From positions 23,872,001 through 23,936,000 of the forward strand of contig CM075987.1 of assembly GCA_038087875.1 (NCBI GenBank): a stretch of DNA of 64,000 nt. The letters are read 5' to 3'. Within the stretch, counting starts at the first letter, position 1, and each line of letters begins with the position of its first letter. The position numbers were made by a program, and so were the translations under genes. Below, one piece after another: positions 53,192-64,000 of this stretch. The DNA is from Malacoraja senta (taxonomy: Eukaryota). A model generated the notes under the pieces. The model was not told where the DNA came from and did no database searches. It saw only the letters and a list, made by a program, of their open reading frames with translations.

Positions 53192-55297
53192 TGGCCATTC
53201 CCTCTTCTCCCCTCTCCCATTAGGCAAAAGTATAGAAGCGGGAAAATGCACACCTCCAGATTCAGGGACAGTTTCTTCCCAGCAGTTATCAGGCAACTAA
53301 ATCATCCTACCACAACCTGAGAGCAGTGCTGAACTACTATCTGTCTCATTGGTGACCTTCGGACTATCCTTGATCGGACTTTTTGCTGGCTTTACCTTGC
53401 ACTAAACATTATTCCCTTATCATGTATCTATACCTTTGATGCTCTCATGATTTTGCCTGATGTGTTGGTTTAGGATTTCTAGTTTTGAAGTAACGAACTA
53501 ACAATACATTATTTGTTGGTTATCTGGTTGCCTGTGGGGGAATCTTACTCTTGAAAATAAAATGTAAGTTCTGTTCTTCTTACGATGGTAACTTTGGTCA
53601 TGGCTCTTCAAGTATGCATCCAAATGGAGTGTAAAGCATAGAGTTCTAGAGTCATTCAGCATGGAAACAAACCCTTTAGCCAACTTGCCCACACGGACCA
53701 AAATGTCCCATCTACACTAGTCCCACCTGCCTGTGTTTGGGCCATATCCCTCTAAACCTGTCCTATCCATGTAACTGTCCAAATGTTTTTTAAATGTTGT
53801 GATAGTACCTGCTTCTATACCTCCTCTGGCAATAGGTTTCATATATCTACCAGCTTTATTGTAAAAAAATTGACCCTCAGGTTCCTATTAAATCCTTCCC
53901 CACCTTTACCTTAAACCTATGTTCTCAGGTTCTTGATTCCCCTATTCTGGATAAAAGACAGTGCATTAACCCTAGCTATTCTTCTTCTGTCCTCATACAC
54001 CACTGTAAGATCACTCCTCTTGCAGCTGTGCTCCAAGGAATAAAGATCTAACCTGCTCAACCTCTCTCTATGAACCACTGTTGTATAACGTTAGTACCTC
54101 CACCAATGTAAAGCACTTTGGTCAACGAGAGTTTTTTTTTTAAATGTGCTATAGAAATAAAAGTGACTTGACTTGACTTGACTTGACTATAGCTCAGGCC
54201 CTTGAGTCCTGGCAACATCCTCGTTAATCTTCTCTACACCCTTCCAGCTTAACAACGTCTTCCTATAACAGGTTGACCAAAACTGAACACGATACTCTAA
54301 TTGTGTACTCTAACCGGCGGTGGTGGCTCGAAGGGCCGAATGGCCTACTCCTGCACCTATTGTCTATTGTCCATTATATTGAAGTTTTCTGTCTCCCGCA
54401 CATTTGAAGACAGTGAGTCCAGGCTCCCAGCACATATCATTGCACACCTACAGATCTCACAATGTATATTCATATTTAAGACCAAACAAGGGCGGCATGG
54501 TTAGCGTCACAGCACCAGAGACTCGGGCTCGATCCTGGCTATGGGTGCTGTCTGTACGGAGTTTGTACGTTCTCCCCATGGGTTTTCTCCGAGAACTTTG
54601 GTTTCCTCCCACACTCCAAACACATACAGGTTTGCAGGTTAATTGGCTTGGTATAAATGTAAAAATTCTCCCCAGCGTGTAGGATAGTGTTAATGTGCGG
54701 GGATCGCTGGTCGGCGCGGACCCGGTGGGACAAAGGGCCTGTTTCCGCGCTGTATCTCTAAACTAAGCAAAACTAAACTAAAGTCCCAAGGTCTCACTAA
54801 CGACTAACACCTTGTACAGTATATCCTTGCTATTTCTTTGTGTCCTTTGCTTGTGTTTTGAGAAGGAATGGAACTTTACGCCAGTCCCACCGACCCTTTT
54901 ATATTGCCATGGATACGGATGCTTTCCTCTGTACCCTGTGTGTTTTTTGGCAATAGGCTGATTGTTTTTGCCAGCTTTTGAAAGTGCCAATTTTGGAACA
55001 GAGTATTAATCTCATATGGAAGTTCAGAGAGCTGTTGCACCATGTGCTGCTTCGCAGAGATTGTAACGTAACCTGCAGGGAATTCAGATTCTTATTTCAA
55101 TCAGGCCACTTCCAGACAAAACAAACTGCGTGTGAGAGAGAAGAAAAAAGACCAAGAGCATGCTGCTGGAAAACAAATCCCGTAAATTGCAAAATGTTAT
55201 TCTTGCTTCATGCACGTCTGAATATCCTCAGACCCAGTAACTGTTGAAAATGACTGCAGAAATTCTGAAGATAGATAGATATAATACGTTGCTCTAA

Positions 55298-55628
55298 AGG
55301 CCCTGTCCCACAGTACGAGTTCATTCCAAGAGCTCTCCCGAGTTTAAAAAAAACCCTAACTCGTGGTAAGCACGGAGAATGAACGTAGCGGGTACGTCGG
55401 AGCTCGGGGACGTCTCTTAGCAGCTCGTAACGCTAACGGCAGGTACTCGGGAAGACTCGCTAACGGCAGGTAAGCTCGGGAAGTCTCGTGAAGATTTTTC
55501 AACATGTTGAAAAATGTCCACGAGAGCCCCGAGTACCGACGAGCGGCCATTGCCGTAAATCTCCGAGTTCGAATCAGGGCAAACTCGGGAGAACTCTTTG
55601 AATGAACTCGTACAGTGGGACAGGGCTT
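55298..55628. mobile_element. PIF/Harbinger-type MITE (subfamily B)
   Basis: TIR AGGCCCTGTCCCACAGTACGAG; TAA TSD. Confidence 0.82.
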
Positions 55629-56205
55629 TAACTCGAGTCATGCTGCCTGATCCGTTGAGTTACTCCAGCATTTTGTGTCTTCTCTTTGGTGTAAACCTAC
55701 ATCTGCAGTTCCTTTTTACTATTGCACAAATTCTTATCAGATTGATGAGGAAATGATCTGTTTCCAGTAAGTAAGTACAGTTTCCAGCTAGCCTGGCAGT
55801 AAACTATCTTTGAAAAGCTCTTTGTTTAGTTTGGAGAAAGAGACGCTTCGGCCCACCAAGTAAGTCCACATCAACCAGCGATTCTCTGCACACTAATTCT
55901 ATCCCACTCACTCAGGGCAATTTACAGAAGCCAATTCACCTACAAACCTGCAAGTCTTTGGCGTTTGGGAGGAAGCCGGAGCACCCGGAGAAAACTCACG
56001 CGGTCACAGGGAGAACGTGCAAACTCCACACAGACAGCACCCGTAGTCAGGATCGAACCCGTGTCTCTGGTGCAGTGAGGCAGCAACTCTAGCGCTGTGC
56101 CACCGTGCCACCCCGCAGCTCTTCTGCTGGGACCTAGAACAGTCCATGTGCAGATCACTGTGGAACGTGGTAAAGAATGTTTGTAAAGAGTTTTCACAGT
56201 TGCAG

Positions 56206-56476
56206 TTGCAGTAGCGTGCAACTAGCATGGCCTTGCAGTAGCGTGTAACTGGCATGGCCTTGCAGTAGCATGTAACTGGCATGGCCTTGCAGTAGCGTGT
56301 GACTGGCATGGCCTTGCAGTAGCGTGTAACTGGCATGGCCTTGCAGTAGCGTGTAACTGGCATGGCCTTGCAGTAGCGTGTAACTGGCATGGCCTTGCAG
56401 TAGCGTGTAACTGGCATGGCCTTGCAGTAGCGTGTGACTGGCATGGCCTTGCAGTAGCGTGTGACTGGCATGGCCA
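56206..56476. repeat. 27-bp minisatellite, about 10 copies
   Basis: Unit TTGCAGTAGCGTGTAACTGGCATGGCC. Confidence 0.95.
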
Positions 56477-56859
56477 GACACCCCTCCAACAGTTCCCATG
56501 CTCCACCACACTATGACTTTACATCACTGAGTGCAATCAATGTTTAGTTTTGCCCAAACGTTATTGTTTAGTTTAGTTCAGCGATGCAGCGCGGAAACAG
56601 GCACTTTGACCCACCGAGTCCGTGCCGACCAGCGATCACCCCACACTAATTCTATCCTACACACTAGGGACAACTTACCGAAGCCAATTAACCTACAAAC
56701 CCGCACGTCTTTGGAATGAGGGAGGAAACCGGAGAAAACCCATGCAGGTAATGTACAAACTCTGTATAAACATCACTTGTAGTCAGGATCGAACCCTACC
56801 CGGGTCTCTGGCGCTGTGAGGCAGCAACTCTACCGCTGCGCCACCGTGCCGCCGTATGT

Positions 56860-57128
56860 TGCGCCTTTGCGGTTGCAGCCCCTAGACTGTGGAACAGCCT
56901 CCCCTTTCCCATCAGAACCGCCCCCTCCATCGACTCTTTTAAGTCAAGACTAAAGACTTATCTATACTCCCAAGCCTTTCCTGACGTCCTCTGAGTGAGG
57001 GCTATATGTATATATGTATGTAGTTTGTTTTGTTGTGCTATTCTTATAACAAATGTAAAGCACTTTGGCCAACGAGAGTTGTTTTTTAAATGTGCTATAT
57101 AAATAAATGTGACTTGACTTGACTTGAC
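56860..57128 (+). mobile_element. L2 3' end, same family
   Basis: Matches ~52928-53190, including the (GACTT)n tail. Confidence 0.85.
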
Positions 57129-57928
57129 TACCCTAAATGCTGCTTTTAGACCATCAGCTTCCCATCGAGCCTTAGCTATTTCTAGCTGTTACTTTATCTC
57201 TATAAAAGACTCATCAGGTCAGCATCCAATACTTGTGTTTCAGACGGTTCTGTCTGCATGCAAAAAGCTGCTCCAGCAAATGTCTTTATTCTTTCTTTTC
57301 ACAGAGCACATCTAGCAACTGAGTAATGACCTCTCCTTCTCACTTAACGTCTCCTTGAGATTCCTAGATGACTCCTTGAGATTAATTAATGATTCCTGAC
57401 ACAATCTTGCAAGCACGCCTTGCTTCTAACACTGCATGCCAGCGACGACTCAAGCTTCTGTTAGTCCCTGTTACAAGGCAATCCTTGCAAATCTGTTTAT
57501 CAAATCAAAGGACTCCACTTCACAAGAGCGGGTATCAATTAAGCAACCAGGCAAGTTTACAAATTGGAATTTGCAAGTGTAGAAACTTACAGAATAACAA
57601 GTTGGGGTCTGAAGAAGGGTCCCAACCCGAAATGTCACCGATCTGATCCATGTCGTCCCGAGATGCTGCCTGACCTGCTCAGTTACTCCAGCACTTTGTG
57701 TTTTTTTTACCTCGCAAACCAGCATCTGCACTTCGCTCTGTCTCCAATGAGTGGATTGAGTTTTACGAGTTCCCCTAGCTGATATAGGCATCACTAATTT
57801 AAACAAGCTAAATTCATTCTCTTCAGAATGAAATGGTACAATATCAAGAGTCAAGAATGTTTCATTGTCATGTGTCCCAGATAAAACAATGACATTCTTA
57901 CTTGCAGCAGCACAATAGAATATGCAAA

Positions 57929-58437
57929 ATAATAGCAAAAAAATTAATATTGAAATTTTGGAAAAATACACCAATACCAACGCTCAAAATGTGGATTGCA
58001 AGTATGTTGGATACCGCACATCTTGAGGAAATGCGATTCCTCCTAATAGATAAATTTGACCAATTCATAACGAGTTGGTCTCCATTTGTCGTCTTTTTGG
58101 AAGCATATGGTGCAAAATAGGTGTAAAAGCTAATCCGTGACTGCGGATGGTCAAGATTATAAATGATCTCCTTACTTCTATTTTCTTTTCTTCTCTTCTC
58201 TTCTTTTATTCTCTTTCTTCTACTTTCTATGTCTCAACTTTCTTTTTTCATTCTTTATTTTTCTTTTTCACACACTATACATCTCACACTTTTCTATTTT
58301 TCATTATCTAACTTTTTTCTTTTTCTTCTTTATTACAAAAAATTTAAAAAATAAGAAGCTGTACATAAAAGGTATTGTGAAAATATGATTGTATACAATT
58401 GTACTTACTTCTAATAAAATTAAAATATTTTTAAAAA
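57929..58437 (+). mobile_element. L1 3' fragment
   Basis: IIAKKLILKFWKNTPIPTLKMWI... is similar to the C-terminus of the 49097-49600 ORF; AATAAA and A-tail; ~15-bp TSD AA(T/C)AGAATATGCAAA. Confidence 0.8.
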
Positions 58438-58497
58438 AACAGAATATGCAAACATAGTACACTGTAACCAATATAATAAACAAGAGAAAAATGTTCA

Positions 58498-58559
<62 letters not shown>

Positions 58560-58700
58560 ATATGCGTGTATATGTACTGTATACTGTATATATACATACA
58601 CACCCACTCACACCCACATACACACATATGTATATATATAAATGTACATATATACATATATATACATAATGCACACACAGACACACACACCCATATAGAA
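58498..58700. repeat. (TA)n/(TG)n/(CA)n compound microsatellite
   Basis: Read directly from the sequence. Confidence 0.9.
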
Positions 58701-58969
58701 ACAAACACACTAAATAGTGCAAAAGGACAGAACGTAGTTTGGAGCATATTTGGAGGTTGTAGTGTTTAATAGCCCGGTGGCTGTAGTTATTCATAAAGGA
58801 ATTCAGATTCTAAGATTCAGATCTGGTTAATTGATCCAAGTTGGGCTCATCCATTGCTCACTTCTTGTAACAACTGGTTGGTTAAAGATTCAGCTCTGAA
58901 GAAATTAAAAAGAAGGACTATTCCTTTATTATTTGATAATATTCTATTATTCCAAGTAATGGAAAATAA

Positions 58970-59342
58970 TTTCTCTAACTTCAAATAACCCTTGCATCCC
59001 CCCTCTCTCCATCCCTCCCCTACCCATGGTAATTGGCTTCAAAGTCATCTTGTTGAATCTCATTGTCTGTAACTAATTTTCAACTAGTCCCTAGCTAACA
59101 ATGGCCTATTTTCTTTATCATTGTAACTTTTTTTAGCATACAGTACCTTTCATTCATTTGTTCTATATCTCTCAATATCACTGTCTATGTCTCTCATTTC
59201 CTTCCCCTCAGTCTGAAGAAGGGTCTCGACCCAAAACGCCACCTATTCCTTTTCTCCAGAGATGCTGTCTGACCCGCTGAGTTACTCCAGCATTTTGTGT
59301 CTACCTTCGGTTTAAACCAGCATCTGCGGTTTCTTCCTACAC
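58970..59342 (+). mobile_element. Penelope-like 3' fragment
   Basis: Reverse orientation of the 31770-32152 family. Confidence 0.7.
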
Positions 59343-60002
59343 AGATCACACTTTAACCTCTTTTACTTACTCTCACAGAACTGCCAAGCGTCTTTCAACG
59401 TACACACGCATTAGCAAAATGGAATCCTTTAAATTTGGGTTAATTATTTTATAGACGATTTTCTGGGAAGCGTCGAGCAGCATCTGTTGTTTCCCTCTGT
59501 CCAATGCGTGTTGTTACTTTAATGAGCAGGACCATGCATCTGCAGGAAGGTCGCTGGTGCAGGCCTCCCTGACACTTTCAATTATAGCAGTTGCTCTGTT
59601 TTTCGTTCATAGCGACATAGAACAGAGGTTCTGTCTACATATTTGATTATATATAAAGAACATACCGAAATAGTTGGAAAGGAACAGGGTGTAACCCTAT
59701 TGTTCCGATTGAAATTCTCCCAAGTCGACCCTCCAGGTGGCTCGGCCATTCGAGCAGACAAGTACTTAATTATTGCTGTCCAATTCGGCTAGATTTCCTC
59801 TAAGTGGTTCGACTTTATTAACTCTTGGCCAGGCAGCTTGATAGATGACTTCCAGAATGTGGCAACACAGATTCAACATCTGTACCGAAGAGTTCAACTC
59901 ATTCAACCAATATGATCGTGTGGTACCAAGAACAGGGCAACTAACCTTCTCACAGCTAAATTCAGAGCGAGGGTTATACCCAAATAACATTACATGTCTT
60001 CT

Positions 60003-60485
60003 GTTTCAGAAGGAACTGCAGATGCTGGAAAATCGAAGGTAGACAAAAATGCTGGAGAAACGCAGCGGGTGAGGCAGCATCTATGGAGCGAAGGTAATAG
60101 GCAACGTTTCGGGTCGAAACCCTTCTTCAGACTGATGTGAGGGGGGGGGGGGGAAGAAGGAAGGAAGAAGTGGAGCCAGTGTGCTGAGGGAGAGCTGAGA
60201 AGGGGAGGAGAAAGTAAGGACTACCTGAAATTAGAGAAGTCAATGTTCATACCGTTGGGTGCAAACTGCCCAAGCGAAATATGAGACGCTGCTCCTCCAA
60301 TTTACAGTGGTCCTCACTCTGAACATCGAGGAGGCCCATGACAGAAAGGTCGGATTTGGAATGGGAGGGGGAGTTGAAGTGCTGAGCCACCGGGAGGTCA
60401 GGTTGGTTATTGCGAACCGAGCGGAGGTGTTCGGCGAAGCGATCGCCAAGCCTACGCTTGGTCTCACCGATGTAGAGCAGCTGAC
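60003..60485 (-). mobile_element. Penelope-like element 3' fragment (GIY-YIG)
   Basis: LLYIGETKRRLGDRFAEHLRSV...VAQHFNSPSHS, followed by the terminal repeat. Confidence 0.88.
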
Positions 60486-61161
60486 TCAAGGACCAGAGGA
60501 CATAGTTGGTTTAAGGTGAAGGGGAAACAATTTAATAGGAATCTGAGGGGTAACTTTTCACACAAAGGGTGATGGGTTGCTCGAGGAGGTAGTTGCTAGA
60601 GGAGGTAGTTGAGGCTGGGACTATCCCAACGTTTAAGAAACAGTTCGACAGGTACATGGATAGAACAGGTTTGGAGGGATATGGGCCAAACGCAGGCAGG
60701 TGGGACTAGTGCAGCTGGGACACGTTGGCCGGTGTGGGCAAGTTGGGCCGAAGGGCCTGTGCCCACACTGTATCACTCTATGACTCTATTTGTTTATCCT
60801 TCAAATTTGTATATTATTGTAATTCAATCACAGCTGATGTGTACTTAGTAACTGAGGGCAAGTCGGTCGAACCTTTTGGGAAACTTTTGCAGATGATACC
60901 TTGGATGACATTAGTTATTATTTAAAATGAAGAAATAACACATGATAGAATTAATTTGTTAAAATATGTATTGTTAACGTCATTGATAAAATATTGATGC
61001 CAGTAATGTGGCTGATGTACTGTACTTCTAAATAGCATTGGGAAATGTGCAGCACAATAGTAGCCTTTGGAATTAAAAAAACAGGTGTAGTGTGTTTAAA
61101 AACCTAGTATTGTGTACGCACATTTCAAAAGTTGTTGATCATTTGCTATAGTAATGGATAA

Positions 61162-62158
61162 GGAATGGAATGGAATGGAATGCTGGAATGGAATGCTATT
61201 TATTGTCATTCAAACCTAGGTTTGAACAAAATTTCATTTACTACAGTTTTTTACATTAAAAAAAAACCCAAGACCCACACTTAACACAGTTTACATAAAC
61301 ATCCATCACAGTGAGTCTCCAACACCTCCTCACTGTGATGGAAGGCAAAGTCTTATCTCTTCCCTTTGTTCTTCACCCGCGGTCCAGCAGTCCAACTGCA
61401 GCGTCTAGGCGAACTGGGGCTCCCGATGTTAAAGCCCCCGGCGGAGATGGTAAGTCCTGTGGCCATTTAGCCACGCCGGGCAATGTTAGGCCCCGGCTCC
61501 GTGTCCTTTAAACCCCGCGGTTCAAGCGGTCCAACCCGCGGTCCAGCAGTCCAACTGCAGCGTCTAGGCGAACTGGGGCTCCCGATGTTAGAGCCCCCGG
61601 CGGGTGACGGTGAGTCCCGTGGCCGCTAAACCCGCGCCGGGCGATGTTAGGCCCCAGCTCCGAGTCCTTTAAACCCCACGATTCCAGCGGGAGAAGTTGC
61701 CGTTGCGGGATACTCCGAAAAGCGGTCTCCCACCAGGGACCCGCGAGCTCCCAATGTTCCTGTCCACCGGGCCTGCAGCCAGAGCTTCCGAAGCTCCAAA
61801 GTCGGGTCGCAGCCGAGCGCCACCACAGCTCTCCCCGCTCCGAAGACAGCCAGCTCCGCGATGGTGATTCCGCAGGCTCCGTGACTGGAGCCCTCAGGTT
61901 GGTCCCAGCCGGAGGCCGCTGCCGGCTCCACGATTTTAGGCCCAATGACATCGGAGACCCGACGGGGAAAAAGTCGGGTCCGCGTACAGGGAAGAGACTA
62001 ACGGTTTCCCCCACATCCCCCCCTCCACCCCCCACATATACACAGCTAAAAAATAATAAAAACTAAGCTCAGGACATACATTTAACAAGACAAAAATAAA
62101 AAATAAAAATAAAAAGACGGACGACTGTAGTCGAGCCGCTGCCCTTAGGCACCGCCAC
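61162..62158 (-). mobile_element. GC-rich non-autonomous retroposon with an internal ~160-bp tandem duplication
   Basis: Shares the TTGCCTTCCATCACAGTGAG motif and 3' end with 41465-42045; (ATTCC)n tail; relatives at ~38695-38980 and ~62630-63463. Confidence 0.55.
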
Positions 62159-64000
62159 ACCCACAAGAGATTATAGCCTACAATAGGACATAAACTAAAG
62201 AAATTCCATTTAATGCAAGTGGCTATTAAGTGGGCGGTAGAGTTGCTACCTTACAGCGCCAGAGACCCAGGTTCAATCCTGACTACGGGGGCTGTCTGTA
62301 TGGAGTTCGCATGTTCTCCCCATGACTGCATGGTTTGTCTCCGGGTGCTCCGGTTTCCTCGCACACTCCAAAGACGCACAGGACTGTAAATCACTTTGGC
62401 TTCAGTAAAAATTGTAAATTGTGCTCAGTGTGTAGGATAGTGCTGGTGTATGGGGATCGCTAGTCGGCACGGACTCGGTGGGCCGAAGGGCCTGTTTCCT
62501 TTTAGGAGAGGCAATATGAACCAAGTGTTACAATTTTATAGGAGATGTAGGAAGAAAGAGTCAAGGGGGTGCATGTACACAAATTTTTGAAGGCAGCAGA
62601 ATAAATTGAGGATGTCGTTACAAATGAATATATAGTTCAATAGTTCAATAGTCCTTTATTGTCACGTGTACCCTGAGGTACAATGAAATTTGAAGTCATA
62701 CCAAAAAACGCAACAAGACACAATATTACATAAAGATCAAACATAAACAGCCACCACGGCGGCGTGTGAGAATCCCCAGGATACACAGCAAAAGCGGAGA
62801 CCCACAGCCATCAGTCCAATGTCCGGGCCACACACACACACACACACACTCCTTCACCGTGATATAACCAGTTACACCGACCGCTTGTCGCTCTCTCTGC
62901 AGTCCCTGTCCGCCCGGACAGTCAGAAAGCCGTCCGTACTCGGACCAGACTCCAGGACGCTCTCGTGTCGCGACGTCCCCGCAAACACCGAGACCACCGC
63001 ACTCACGGCAATCCCTCCGAGTCCCCACCAGCGCAGGCAGCATCCATCTTGCTTTCGGTGACCTCGCACACCTCACTGTGATGGAAGGCGAATAACTTTT
63101 ACCTTCTTCCTCCTTTACACCCGTGGTCGGGGCGATTGAAACATCCGCAGTCGGGCCGATCGAGGCTCCCGCAACGTGGCGATCAAGGCTCCCGCAATCG
63201 GGGCAGGTCGAAGCTCCTGCGGTTGGAGTTCCCAAAGCCGATCCCTAACAAAGGGACTGCCAGCTCCACCATGTTAGGCCGCAGTGCGTACGGAGATACG
63301 ATGGGAAAAAGTCCCATCTCCTTCAGGGGAAGAGATTTAAAAAAGTTTCTCCCACCCCCCCACGTAATACAAAAACTAAAGATCAACTAAAACATAGAAA
63401 TAAAACAGACTAAAAACAACAAAGAATAAATGGGCAAGATGAGGCTGCCTCTCACTGCGCCACATGCTGGGATATGGGATCCTTGGCTTTATTATGGCAT
63501 CATATTGTAAGAGTGAGCTAAACCATTGGTTTCCACTTGAAAATTACAAAACATTGGTTTGGAGCCAGCCAGAAAATTATGTTTAGTTCTGGGCATCACA
63601 TTTTAGAAAGGAATTAGAACTCTTGGAAAGGATCAAGGGACCAAAGACTGAATACTAAAATAGATGGCATCTGATCATGACCTGGCACAAACTCATTTTA
63701 ATTTGCTACCTCAAAGCATTCTAGACATCTTCAGATAAAGGCCAACATTCCATTAGACTTTCTATTGCCGTCCACCATTGTCAGAAGGGTCTCGACCCCG
63801 AAACGTCACACATTCCTTCTCTCCAGAGATGCTGGCTATCCCGCTGAGTTACTCCAGCACTTTGTGTCTATCTTCGGTTTAAACCAGCATCTGCAGTTCA
63901 TTCCCATACCATTGTTTATTGATTTGTAACACAAGGGAACACATTTTTTCCACTTTTAATCCACTTATTATGTAAATAGTATGATTTGTCTCTCACACTT

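Noticed and set aside
56004..56511. Repetitive ORFs or a CRISPR-like array
   Set aside because: Pure tandem minisatellite without spacers, in a vertebrate genome
57130..57467. Coiled-coil-like decayed exon on the minus strand
   Set aside because: Many stop codons and no recognisable homologue

Overview
Repeat-rich vertebrate genomic DNA, almost certainly from an elasmobranch and probably a skate or ray. The basis is abundant HE1-like V-SINEs, CR1/HER1 LINE ends and Penelope termini. The window covers the conserved DBH-FAM163B head-to-head locus. Dopamine beta-hydroxylase (minus strand) shows 8 intact exons (1, 2, 6-11) whose internal exon lengths match human. Exons 3-5 are absent and probably lie in the 200-N gap at 11012-11211; exon 12 is not seen. 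FAM163B (plus strand) has an intact first coding exon, but its second exon carries an in-frame TGA and several indels, suggesting a pseudogene or a local assembly error. The rest is transposon-derived: V-SINEs, CR1, L2, Rex1, L1 (one 5'-inverted copy with a 15-bp TSD), Penelope elements and hairpin derivatives with minimal hammerhead motifs, PIF/Harbinger MITEs, a Helitron and a solo LTR. The most notable find is two unrelated short GAA-tailed retroposons with TSDs whose first nucleotide starts a complete HDV-like (CPEB3-like) ribozyme fold instead of a tRNA-derived head. One of them sits inside a four-level nested insertion.
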